37,213 nt of DNA from Candidatus Limimorpha equi (GTDB taxonomy: Bacteria; Bacteroidota; Bacteroidia; Bacteroidales; F082), in assembly GCA_018065885.1 (NCBI GenBank), contig JAGHSL010000041.1, forward strand, positions 1 through 37,213. Direction: 5' to 3'. A program made the translations under genes and the position numbers. Positions 1-7,838 of the stretch are shown in pieces (the first letter of the stretch is position 1; each line of letters begins with the position of its first letter). The notes under the pieces are model-generated. The model was not told where the DNA came from. It searched no databases and saw only the letters and a program-made list of their open reading frames with translations.

Positions 1-157
1 ACCATTGCGTTGTGTCTAATCGTGTGATACCATTATCACCATATCTCTTCTTGATACCCGAATATGAGCTGATGAACTCAACGGGATATCCAAGAGCATC
101 ACCAACGGCTCCGCCTATGAGCGAGCCACGGATTTTGTCTTTTTTATTCTTGTCCAT
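1..157 (-). CDS. ADP-ribosylglycohydrolase family protein, 5' fragment (gene runs off the left edge)
   Basis: Minus-strand reading from the ATG at 157..155 gives MDKNKKDKIRGSLIGGAVGDALGYPVEFISSYSGIKKRYGDNGITRLDTTQW with no stop before position 1. The G-x-x-x-GDALG-x-P-x-EF block is the classic N-terminal motif of DraG-type ADP-ribosylglycohydrolases. It is absent from the ORF track because the window truncates it. Confidence 0.6.
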   Translation of the reverse strand, partial: MDKNKKDKIRGSLIGGAVGDALGYPVEFISSYSGIKKRYGDNGITRLDTTQW

Positions 158-425
158 TTCTATTTACACTTTCTTTTATCAATTATCTCTTACCAATAAG
201 ACACCAAAAATACAAAAAATCTATCACCAAGCACTGACTTTTTTCATTCAACTGCATATCAGATGTTTACGTTTCTGCACCTATGGTTTTCCCCGACAAT
301 CTGGTGCAACCATCTGTATTGTCATACCCTTTTGTCAGCCATTCATCAGCAGAAAAAACTTATTCTTCCCCTAATGGATGTCGTCTTTTCATCTCTTATT
401 CATATTGTTTTTCCCCACATTCCTT

Positions 426-1595
426 TCACCGCACAATCTGGCCCTTGCCATCGACGATGACATTGTCGCCATCGCTGACCAAGCAAAGATAGGTGTCGGG
501 GCCAATGGCAGTGATGCTTCTGTAGAGCGGCATGGTGACAATGTGGCCATCACGAGTCATCAGCCCTTCGTAGCTCATGCAAGAGTAGGCCATCAGCCGT
601 GCATTGGCTTCCTCGTTGATTCCTGACATGTATTCGTGTTCTTCGCCTTCAGAATCAATATCACTTTGCATGACATAAGAGATTTCACCCGTTTCATACC
701 TCAGGTAATGGACCTCGGTGACATAGAAGTCGTCAACGAGATTGCCATCGTAGTCATACTTCCGCATCGTGTGGTCCGACATGGTTACGTCGATATACTC
801 GCCCAGATAGGCACGGCCATCAATATATGGAAGAACGACATTGAAATCCTTGTCGAGCACGGCCCACTGACCATCCTTGCCAACGCTCCAGTACTGTTTG
901 TTGGCCGACACTTCGATCTCTTCGTATTCCTTGGCGAGAACCAGTTTACCCGTCTTGTCCATCAGGCCGAACTTGTCATCTTCCATCACGACAAGATAGC
1001 CATCGTGGAAAACATAGCCGCACGACTCAGGGTCATAATCCCTGCCGTCATCAATGACCACCTTGCCGGTACCGTCGATGAACTTGACCTTGCCGTGTTC
1101 GACAACCGCAGCAAGTCCATCCGAGAACACCCATGCGTGTTCATACTTCGGTTCAATGACCACCTTGCCATCGTTTATGTTGAAATAACCGCGCTTCGAT
1201 CCGTTGCTGAAGCAGCACAGCGTGTCGTTGCCAAGAGGCATAGAAATCCACTGGATGCCTTTCAGCACCTTCTTGCCGGTTTCCTTATTAAAAATATAGC
1301 CTTTGCTGTCGCATTCGGGAATATAGCCGATGGTCTGGCTGATGAACCTGCCACCGTTCTTCTTCCACTCACGATTGCTGCTATGCTCATAAAAGTAGTG
1401 GTCGTAAGCGGCATCGGCTAACACACAAGCCAAAACCGCCATGACAACAGCTGCGCTGACCGCGAACAGTCCCCATACGCACTTTGCAAATTTACCCTCG
1501 CGTTTGTAGCCGAACAGTCCGAAAAACCATCCCAAAGCCTGACAGACGCCACTCCACATTACAGTGAAGAATTCTTTTAATGTTACCTTTTTCAT
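426..1595 (-). CDS. Membrane-anchored WG-repeat (KWG-like) protein
   Basis: 389-aa ORF with ATG at 1595. It has an N-terminal hydrophobic segment (WGLFAVSAAVVMAVLACVLA). This is followed by tandem ~35-aa units such as KRGYFNINDGKVVIEPKYEHAWVFSDGLAAVVEHGKVKFIDGTGKVVI and KFGLMDKTGKLVLAKEYEEIE, typical of WG-containing repeats. The opposite-strand ORF 636..1421 is a shadow. Confidence 0.75.
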   Translation of the reverse strand: MKKVTLKEFFTVMWSGVCQALGWFFGLFGYKREGKFAKCVWGLFAVSAAVVMAVLACVLADAAYDHYFYEHSSNREWKKNGGRFISQTIGYIPECDSKGYIFNKETGKKVLKGIQWISMPLGNDTLCCFSNGSKRGYFNINDGKVVIEPKYEHAWVFSDGLAAVVEHGKVKFIDGTGKVVIDDGRDYDPESCGYVFHDGYLVVMEDDKFGLMDKTGKLVLAKEYEEIEVSANKQYWSVGKDGQWAVLDKDFNVVLPYIDGRAYLGEYIDVTMSDHTMRKYDYDGNLVDDFYVTEVHYLRYETGEISYVMQSDIDSEGEEHEYMSGINEEANARLMAYSCMSYEGLMTRDGHIVTMPLYRSITAIGPDTYLCLVSDGDNVIVDGKGQIVR

Positions 1596-1762
1596 CTTGA
1601 TAGAAATTTTACGTTAATAATGTTTTTTGTTACGTTCACTTATATGGAAACATAATTAGGCGTTTTTCTATCACCATGCCAGAAAAAAAATTTATTTCCT
1701 ACAACTGATATATTTCCTGCCATTCCACATTCTATTATCAATGAACAAAACAATCAAACGCT

Positions 1763-2983
1763 ATGCAACACATTATCGAATATCTGGTACAATCAAATTC
1801 AACCACCACTTTATTAATGATAGCGATCACCATTTGCGTGGGGACGATTATCGGGAAAGCCAAGATCATGTCGCTCCGGATTGGAGTCATTGCCGTGCTG
1901 TTCTCAGGAATGATACTCGGTATCGTTTGTGGCAGATTAGGCATCGGGCTCAATGCCGACATGACTGGCATATTAAAGGATTTAGGTCTCATCCTTTTCA
2001 TCTACATCATCGGTCTTCAGGTTGGCCCATCATTCTTCGCCGGCCTTAAGAAAGGAGGACTGCGCCTTAACCTGCAAGCCTTCGTCATTGTTGTCTTAGG
2101 CTTGGTCATCACCCTACTCATTTCGGAGTTCGACGGAGTGCAACCTGATATGATGGCTGGTATCTACAGCGGTGCCATCTCCAGCACACCAGGCCTGTCG
2201 GCAGCTCAGGAAACTGTCAGGAATCTCGGAGCAGGCGATGCCGAAGCAGTAGCTGCCGGTTATGCGCTGGCCTATCCCATTGGCGTAATCATCCCTATCG
2301 TTTGCTGCATTCTCATCCGGCGCATCTGCAACGTACGTATAGAAGACGAGAACTTCAACGAGATTATCGGCAAGGCTAGTGATGCCAAAAGCAGCACCGA
2401 AGCAGCATCTTCTGTCGGTAAGAGTGTGATAGTGCTGTTTGGAGGCATCCTGTTTGGTTTGCTTGTCGGCTCCATTGCCATCCATATCACCATCAAGGGC
2501 ACTACCGTACCGATGAAGCTGGGCTACACAGGCGGTCCACTCGTCACGGCCATTCTCATCGGGCATTTCGGCACAAAGTGGGGCTGGATCGACAGTACCA
2601 TAACCAATAGCGAAGGATACTCTTTGCTGAAAGAAGTAGGATTGGTCATCTTCATGGCCTTAGTGGGACTCACCTCTGGAAGTAAGATTCTCGAAATCAA
2701 CATCCTGAGCGGTGCCAAATGGATAATCTACGGACTTATCATCGCCCTCCTCCCCACGCTGATAGTCGGTCTTTTCGTCAGGATGCGCCACAAGACCAAC
2801 TACTTCACCCTGATGGGGCTGATTGGCGGTGCCACCACCGACACCCCTGCGCTGGCCTATGCCAACAATGTTGCGACCAAACGTGCCGAAGGCCTTCCGG
2901 CCGAAGCTTACGCCACCGTCTATCCCCTCACCGTGTTCCTGAGGATTCTTACCGCACAATTCTTCGTGCTCATCATGCTATAG
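1763..2983 (+). CDS. YidE/YbjL/AspT-type (AAE family) duplicated permease, short form
   Basis: 406-aa polytopic ORF with ATG at 1763. LRIGVIAVLFSGMILG...LKDLGLILFIYIIGLQVGPSFFAGLKKGGLRLNL...GIYSGAISSTPGLSAAQE closely follows the N-terminal half of YidE/YbjL. The C-terminal half repeats the pattern (LMGLIGGATTDTPALAYA). Confidence 0.75.
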   Translation: MQHIIEYLVQSNSTTTLLMIAITICVGTIIGKAKIMSLRIGVIAVLFSGMILGIVCGRLGIGLNADMTGILKDLGLILFIYIIGLQVGPSFFAGLKKGGLRLNLQAFVIVVLGLVITLLISEFDGVQPDMMAGIYSGAISSTPGLSAAQETVRNLGAGDAEAVAAGYALAYPIGVIIPIVCCILIRRICNVRIEDENFNEIIGKASDAKSSTEAASSVGKSVIVLFGGILFGLLVGSIAIHITIKGTTVPMKLGYTGGPLVTAILIGHFGTKWGWIDSTITNSEGYSLLKEVGLVIFMALVGLTSGSKILEINILSGAKWIIYGLIIALLPTLIVGLFVRMRHKTNYFTLMGLIGGATTDTPALAYANNVATKRAEGLPAEAYATVYPLTVFLRILTAQFFVLIML

Positions 2984-3075
2984 GACAAATACAATTAATC
3001 AGATAACAACGTTTTAAACAATCAGCAACTATGAAAAAGATTACAATGTTCATGGCCATCTTCATGGTTTAATAA

Positions 3076-3363
3076 TCACAACGTTATCAAACAATACACC
3101 ATGGCCCAAACCACCAAAACGGTCTGCACCAGCAATGCCAACGGAACTCCAACGGCAAACGATGTGTGAAGCGTTTTGTGACGATATTCGTGCATGGCAC
3201 AGAAAGCACCCAATGCTCCTCCAAGAAACGAGACGGCAAGCAAAGCCGCCTCCGAAATACGGTATTCACCACGTTCTGCATGCTGCTTATCAATGCGGTA
3301 CATGTGAAACGCGACCACATTCATCACTATAATATAGAAAAAAAATACCAACATAACTGACAT
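3076..3363 (-). CDS. DUF1294 family small membrane protein
   Basis: 95-aa ORF with ATG at 3363. FHMYRIDKQHAERGEYRISEAALLAVSFLGGALGAFCAMHEYRHKT matches the conserved DK..A......RI.E..L......GG..G......RHKT core of DUF1294. Confidence 0.7.
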   Translation of the reverse strand: MSVMLVFFFYIIVMNVVAFHMYRIDKQHAERGEYRISEAALLAVSFLGGALGAFCAMHEYRHKTLHTSFAVGVPLALLVQTVLVVWAMVYCLITL

Positions 3364-3381
3364 TTACATCTATTCATAAAA

Positions 3382-5091
3382 CTAATTCTCATTTGCAACT
3401 GAAAGCGCAAGTCGGAAGCCGAGCCATTCGTGCCTTCCTTTTGGCGAAACGTACATCCGATATGTATTGCGGGAAGAACCCGCACTCTGAAGGTAATAGC
3501 CTCCTCTGCGCACTTTCATCGGTTTGTCGATGCTATTGGAATCTGGCCCACAAGGATTATACATTTCTTCTCCAGAATACCTCTCATACCAATCGGAGCA
3601 CCATTCAATCACATTTCCCGTCATGTCGTACAGCCCCAATTCGTTAGGCTGCTTCCGCTTCACAGGGTGCGTCTGACAATGGTGGTTTTTCTCCAGACTG
3701 TTCAAGCTGTCATTGCAATAATCCCAGCCAATGTAATCATCTCCACTGTTTCTCCAATACCAAGCCACATCGTCAATATTGTCACTACCTGCATATTTGT
3801 ATTGTTTGCTGTGGATGCCTCCTCGGGCGGCAAACTCCCATTCAGCTTCCGTCGGAAGCCTGAATTTTTTTCCAGTCTTGTCATTCAGTTTCTGGACAAA
3901 CGTGAGGCAATCATCATAGCTAACCTGTTCAACAGGATTTTGTTTTCCCTTGAATTGGCTTGGGTTATCGTTCATAACCGCTTCCCACAGTTCCTGAGTG
4001 ACCTCTGTCTCTCCGATATAATAGCCATCAAGCGTTACCCGATGCCGAGGTTTTTCCCAATCTTTTGCATCCGAATCATCAGCGGCAGCTCCCATCATGA
4101 AACTTCCCCCCTCTACCTTATTCATGGTAAAAGAAACACCGTTGACTTTGAAAACCTCTGAAGTGAATTGGTCTCCTTCCTGCTCATGCCCACAATGGTT
4201 GATAATGACAGGCAGGATGACCGCCACGGCAACTAATGCCAGCAATCCGAAAGCAATCCGTTTTGACAGCCTTTTCGCTGGTGATGGAATTGGTGGGCCA
4301 TATACGCATTCCCTATCAATTTGTAGATCAGGCATTATCCTCACCTTGGATTGTGGATTTACATCTACGGGCGGATTCACATTGTCGGTTCGCATCGGTT
4401 CCGGCTGTGGTTCAGCATCAGCTGGTCTGTCAGCGATGGTGTCGGCAACGGGATTCTGATTCATTTCCATCTCGGCATTTGGATCAGCCTCGACTACTTC
4501 AACCGACGGATGCTCTCTGTCGGCTGTCAGCAGACCCTTTCCGCAAAACACGGTTCCGTATCGGGCAAAGCTGACGTTCCACATATTGCGAAGCATTTGC
4601 GAAAGGCCGCCTTGGTAAAAGGCAACTTCACCATCAGCCGGAGCCGTGTAGCCCGAAACGACATCGCCATCGGACACAAGGCTCCCCTCTACATCCTGCG
4701 ACAATGGACTGAGGAAACTCCAGTCGCACTCATACTGAATCACGTTCTGACGGATGAATTTCGAGTGGTTCAGAATCATTTCCCTCGAAATCCGTCCGAG
4801 CACGGCCTCGCCATTCAGCTGCCTGCCTCGCGGTATCAGAAACGAAAACATGAGGTAGGCAGGCGCGTAGTTGGCGTCGAAAGCCCGCTCCACGCGGTGA
4901 AGCCACATCCCCGACGGCGCCGCGCTCATGGCCCAGCCTGTGGTGGGCGTGCCGTCGCCGTACTGATTCGAGAGGTAATGCCGGATGTCGTGAAGGACCT
5001 TCACGTCGCTATCGGCCAGTGAACCGCCGTCAACGACAACTTCCTGACGGTAGGCCGTGCCCAATATGCCATGTACAACTATTGAAATCAT
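3382..5091 (-). CDS. Single-pass membrane protein: conserved cytoplasmic 'head' domain + TM + extracytoplasmic FGE-sulfatase (SUMF1/EgtB/PvdO-type) domain
   Basis: The track start at 5103 is TTG; the first ATG is 5091 (MISIVVHG...). The head and linker (nt ~5091-4288) are ~87% identical in protein to the N-terminus of the 9434..11203 product. TM is IAFGLLALVAVAVILPVII (nt ~4257-4201). The C-terminal blocks GGSFMMG, RVTLDGYYIGETEVTQELWEAVM, FRLPTEAEWEFAARGG, GLYDMTGNVIEWCSDW and LGFRLA are FGE-sulfatase signatures. Confidence 0.85.
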   Translation of the reverse strand: MISIVVHGILGTAYRQEVVVDGGSLADSDVKVLHDIRHYLSNQYGDGTPTTGWAMSAAPSGMWLHRVERAFDANYAPAYLMFSFLIPRGRQLNGEAVLGRISREMILNHSKFIRQNVIQYECDWSFLSPLSQDVEGSLVSDGDVVSGYTAPADGEVAFYQGGLSQMLRNMWNVSFARYGTVFCGKGLLTADREHPSVEVVEADPNAEMEMNQNPVADTIADRPADAEPQPEPMRTDNVNPPVDVNPQSKVRIMPDLQIDRECVYGPPIPSPAKRLSKRIAFGLLALVAVAVILPVIINHCGHEQEGDQFTSEVFKVNGVSFTMNKVEGGSFMMGAAADDSDAKDWEKPRHRVTLDGYYIGETEVTQELWEAVMNDNPSQFKGKQNPVEQVSYDDCLTFVQKLNDKTGKKFRLPTEAEWEFAARGGIHSKQYKYAGSDNIDDVAWYWRNSGDDYIGWDYCNDSLNSLEKNHHCQTHPVKRKQPNELGLYDMTGNVIEWCSDWYERYSGEEMYNPCGPDSNSIDKPMKVRRGGYYLQSAGSSRNTYRMYVSPKGRHEWLGFRLALSVANEN

Positions 5092-5175
5092 AAGAATACA
5101 CAAAAAAACTTATAATGGTTGAAAACAAATCGCAAAAACAAATGGACATGAGATTCTTCGTATGTCCGGCTGTAA

Positions 5176-6120
5176 TCAATCTACATCACACAAATGCAGA
5201 TTCTCCTCTAAGGCACTCAAGCGGTCTTCTTCTTTCTCCACTTTATTGGCGCTGTCGTATGCTCTATTGTACTCCTCCTCTCCAACACAAAGTGCCAACC
5301 TGATAATATGCTCAGCCCTTTCCGACAAACCCCAATTCATAATCATGTATTTATCACCGAACAATCTGTAACCACCCTTCACATTCTCCCATGTCAGACA
5401 TGAAAATAATTTCGATGAAGTTGAGATTTTACTGTCGATATATATTTCGAACAAATACTCCTTCAAAAATTCGAAACGTTCTTGTTCATCCTTGATTTTG
5501 CTTGCTTTCTCGTATGCTCTCTCATAATCTTCTTCTCCAATCCTGTATCCCAAAGCATAATTAATAATATCTATAGCCCATGACTCAAGTTCCAGATTCA
5601 TTTTATGTTTCTCAAAAAAAAGTATGGGACCTTCTTGTACATTTTCCCATGTCAGATATGAATATAATTCTGACAAAGTGGACACATGCGTTTGGGGCAA
5701 GCGCACATACTCCTGCAAAGCATCCAAACGGGCTTCATTTCCCTTGACTCCGTATGCTTTTAAGTATGCTTTCTTGTAATATTCTTCTTCAATACTGTAT
5801 TCCAAAACATAATCAATAATAAAGGAAGCACTTTGCTTCAAGTTTTGGTCTATTACTTCGTATTTCTCATAAAACAGTCTGCCTTCATCTTTTACATTCT
5901 CCCACGTCAGGCAAAAATATAATGTTCCTGAAGAATTGATTTTTATTTTCTCTGACGGCTTCATTTCTGTTTCACATCGTTCGGGTTTTGGATTTCCACC
6001 ACTGTCGTTATCACATTTACAGAAAACCATCAAAACCAAAGCGGCGACAGCAGCTATCCTGATTATCGGAAAGACACATTTCAGCATTTTTATAGTACGA
6101 TGTAAAACGATTGAGATCAT
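5176..6120 (-). CDS. Secreted/probable lipoprotein made of three ~85-aa 'LTWENV' helical modules
   Basis: 314-aa ORF with ATG at 6120 (alternative ATG at 6087, MLKCVFPIIRIAAVAALVLMVFCKC signal). Three repeats carry (L)(Y/F)xxLTWENV(K/Q)xG..LF..K(Y/H)..., then EE(E/D)Y..AY and (R)(L/F).(A/F)L.E(Y/N)(V/L), at aa ~66-139, 150-222 and 237-309. Confidence 0.7.
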   Translation of the reverse strand: MISIVLHRTIKMLKCVFPIIRIAAVAALVLMVFCKCDNDSGGNPKPERCETEMKPSEKIKINSSGTLYFCLTWENVKDEGRLFYEKYEVIDQNLKQSASFIIDYVLEYSIEEEYYKKAYLKAYGVKGNEARLDALQEYVRLPQTHVSTLSELYSYLTWENVQEGPILFFEKHKMNLELESWAIDIINYALGYRIGEEDYERAYEKASKIKDEQERFEFLKEYLFEIYIDSKISTSSKLFSCLTWENVKGGYRLFGDKYMIMNWGLSERAEHIIRLALCVGEEEYNRAYDSANKVEKEEDRLSALEENLHLCDVD

Positions 6121-6179
6121 AAGGACTAAACAAAAACTTTAAATTGACTAAAAAAAGCAAGACGAACAGGCATAAAGAC

Positions 6180-6257
6180 TTGAGACAGCGAAGCCCCGCG
6201 AGAGGCGATTGCCAAGAATGCCGGAAGCATCACATTCTCGCGACCTCGCTGTCTCAA
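6180..6257 (-). terminator. Long GC-rich imperfect hairpin downstream of the DUF805 gene (terminator-like or REP-like)
   Basis: ttgagacagcga (6180-6191) pairs with tcgctgtctcaa (6246-6257). An inner stem pairs cgcgaga (6197-6203) with tctcgcg (6236-6242). On the minus strand a T-run (cttgcttttttt) follows only ~20 nt later, so it is not a textbook intrinsic terminator. Confidence 0.3.
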
Positions 6258-6273
6258 AGCCTGCGTTTGCAAA

Positions 6274-6588
6274 TCATTCATCAGGTTCGTCGCCATATTG
6301 GTTTGCTCCCGATTCGGATTTCATGCATGCAAACACAATATTTGCTATGGGAATAAAGAGACACCATCCCGACCTGCCCGTATCGTGCATTCTGCGGACA
6401 GCCACAGCAAGTGATGGCAATAATAAAGCCAGCGAAACTATCAGATTTAGCGTCTCGTTAATTGCTCCACAAACCAAGCCAACGAGAAAATTGAAAAGAT
6501 AAAACCACCAATACTCAGATCTTGATGCTCTTCCATTGAAACTTACATACTTGCTTAGACAAGTAGCGACTGATTGTCCAAATGTCAT
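6274..6588 (-). CDS. DUF805 family inner-membrane protein
   Basis: 104-aa ORF with ATG at 6588. F.GRASRSEYWWFYLFNFLV, then RRMHDTGRSGW, then GANQYG are the hallmark blocks of DUF805 (YhaH/YhaI-like). Confidence 0.8.
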   Translation of the reverse strand: MTFGQSVATCLSKYVSFNGRASRSEYWWFYLFNFLVGLVCGAINETLNLIVSLALLLPSLAVAVRRMHDTGRSGWCLFIPIANIVFACMKSESGANQYGDEPDE

Positions 6589-6714
6589 AATGATATTTTT
6601 TTAAGTGTTTAAGGGTTCCATAACTTCATTTTCCCAATCCAAAAGGTGGCATAGAACCCATGAATCCACCTATAGGACAAATTATATGTAAACTAAATAT
6701 GCTCATTTACTTAT

Positions 6715-7479
6715 CTATAGCTCCTCTGGCTCTATGCACACCGAGAAGGCCTTACCGCTTGACGTGCCGACATACTTGTATTTCAGTCCATAGTGCGTTT
6801 TCTTCAACAGGTCACTCAAATCCTTTATCATAATGTCGTCAGAACCAGAGAGTTCTACCAACATCAGTTCCTTCAATTCATCCATATTTTCCTCCATAAA
6901 ATTCAAGTCGTAAACCGACTCGTCACATTCATAGATATAAGTGAAGTAATGGTCGTCAAGAAACACATCGGTCATAACCATGCCTTCGTCCACTGGCATC
7001 GGAGTTTGAAGCCTTGTGCTTTCAACCACTGATTCCAGCAATGCCAGCGGATTGTCATCCGAACAGTCAAGGTTGTCTTTCAGTTCTTTTGCCGTAAAGG
7101 TAAAGGAGATAGCCTTGTCAGGATTCCCGACATTATACACGACATTCAAATCGGCATCTGCTCCAATTATGGCCTCAAGGAACTTCCTGAATCCCTCGTT
7201 CGGATTGTTGACGAAACTCATAAGCATGTTGCTACGAAAGCTTTCCTTGTTTGCCACAACACCGTCGTAGTCAAGGATTTCTTCGTCAAACGTGTATGCA
7301 ATTGTCACGGTATGACCGTCATACTCCACCTTGTCGATGTCCGCAAATTCGCTGTCTAATCCGAAATCTGACAATTCGTTCATTGCCTGAACATATTCCC
7401 TAAGTTCCTTGTCACTGTTGCCACACGAGGCAAACGCTACCATAATGGTGGTAAGCATAATGTAAATCTTTTTTCTCAT
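6715..7479 (-). CDS. Lipoprotein, module architecture A-B (paralog of 7839..9404)
   Basis: 254 aa. MRKKIYIMLTTIMVAFASCGNSD has a canonical lipobox. The N-terminal module A is (EYDGHTVTIAYTF...FRSNMLMSFVNNPNEGFRKFLEAI). The C-terminal module B ends HYGLKYKYVGTSSGKAFSVCIEPEEL. Confidence 0.75.
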   Translation of the reverse strand: MRKKIYIMLTTIMVAFASCGNSDKELREYVQAMNELSDFGLDSEFADIDKVEYDGHTVTIAYTFDEEILDYDGVVANKESFRSNMLMSFVNNPNEGFRKFLEAIIGADADLNVVYNVGNPDKAISFTFTAKELKDNLDCSDDNPLALLESVVESTRLQTPMPVDEGMVMTDVFLDDHYFTYIYECDESVYDLNFMEENMDELKELMLVELSGSDDIMIKDLSDLLKKTHYGLKYKYVGTSSGKAFSVCIEPEEL

Positions 7480-7530
7480 GATAAATTTGTTTGTTATTGT
7501 TACTGTTTAATATTGGTTCTAGTTTAGTAA

Positions 7531-7787
7531 ATGACTGATTTTTCTATTATCACAATTAGATTCCCGCGTTGCGGGAAATCGAAGATTACCTCACTTCGTG
7601 TCGGTGAATTTACATTTCGACGTAGTCAATGGCCGCCCTATGTGTTATCAGTGCATACGGCGGCGGCTGAGGTCTACATTTAGGTTGAAAACAGGTTGCC
7701 ACCGTTGTTCTAACAATCTCAACTGTATGCCATTCCCGTCGGCAGACGGGAATCTGCGCAAATTCCATTCGCTATAAAATCAGTCAT
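7531..7787. other. Hairpin-rich ~257-nt intergenic element bounded by a 12-bp inverted repeat (candidate structured RNA, MITE-like or invertible element)
   Basis: atgactgatttt (7531-7542) is the reverse complement of aaaatcagtcat (7776-7787). Two related hairpins lie inside: ttcccgc-gtt-gcgggaa (7561-7577) and ttcccgtc-ggca-gacgggaa (7733-7752). Further hairpins are cgaag-attacctca-cttcg and ccgccctatg...catacggcgg. It sits in an unusually long 359-nt spacer between two paralogous lipoprotein genes. Confidence 0.3.
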
Positions 7788-7838
7788 CCGTTATACTACA
7801 GCCTTAATATTTTGCCAATTCCATGTTTTTTTCAACAT

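Noticed and set aside
636-1421. 261-aa plus-strand ORF opposite the WG-repeat gene. Similar long antisense ORFs occur at 2114..2566, 3430..4161, 4351..5022, 10355..10930, 11474..11911, 12397..12990, 13742..14332, 20180..20827, 21809..22423, 23537..24052 and 35189..36073.
   Set aside because: Their translations are low-complexity or biased (R/H/P/F-rich) with no recognisable motifs. They lie entirely inside better-supported genes on the other strand and appear mainly where the real gene is GC3-rich. They are classic shadow ORFs.
3031-3072. 13-codon hydrophobic mini-ORF (MKKITMFMAIFMV) between the permease and DUF1294 genes.
   Set aside because: It is too short to support from sequence alone. 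It abuts the 3' end of the convergent DUF1294 gene, and I have no conservation evidence. It could be a real micro-peptide, but that is not testable here.
3382-3560. Possibility that the FGE-sulfatase C-terminus is a diversity-generating retroelement (DGR) variable region.
   Set aside because: FGE/C-type-lectin folds are frequent DGR targets. However, the window has no reverse transcriptase gene. I also could not find a second near-identical template-repeat copy of the 3' end of this gene anywhere in the 37 kb. A trans-acting DGR elsewhere in the genome cannot be excluded.
5092-5103. Upstream extensions of three ORFs in the track (5103, 11209, 21247) that are translated as Met.
   Set aside because: The codons at these positions are TTG. 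In each case an ATG lies 2-4 codons downstream (5091, 11203, 21241). For the two head genes the ATG gives the conserved MISIVVHG start, so I used the ATG coordinates.
7531-7787. Confident call of this element as a Bacteroides-type invertible promoter.
   Set aside because: I found no exact TAnnTTTG box inside the segment in either orientation. The window has no nearby recombinase, and a 12-bp inverted repeat at this spacing is near chance expectation. It is kept only as one of several hypotheses in the findings.
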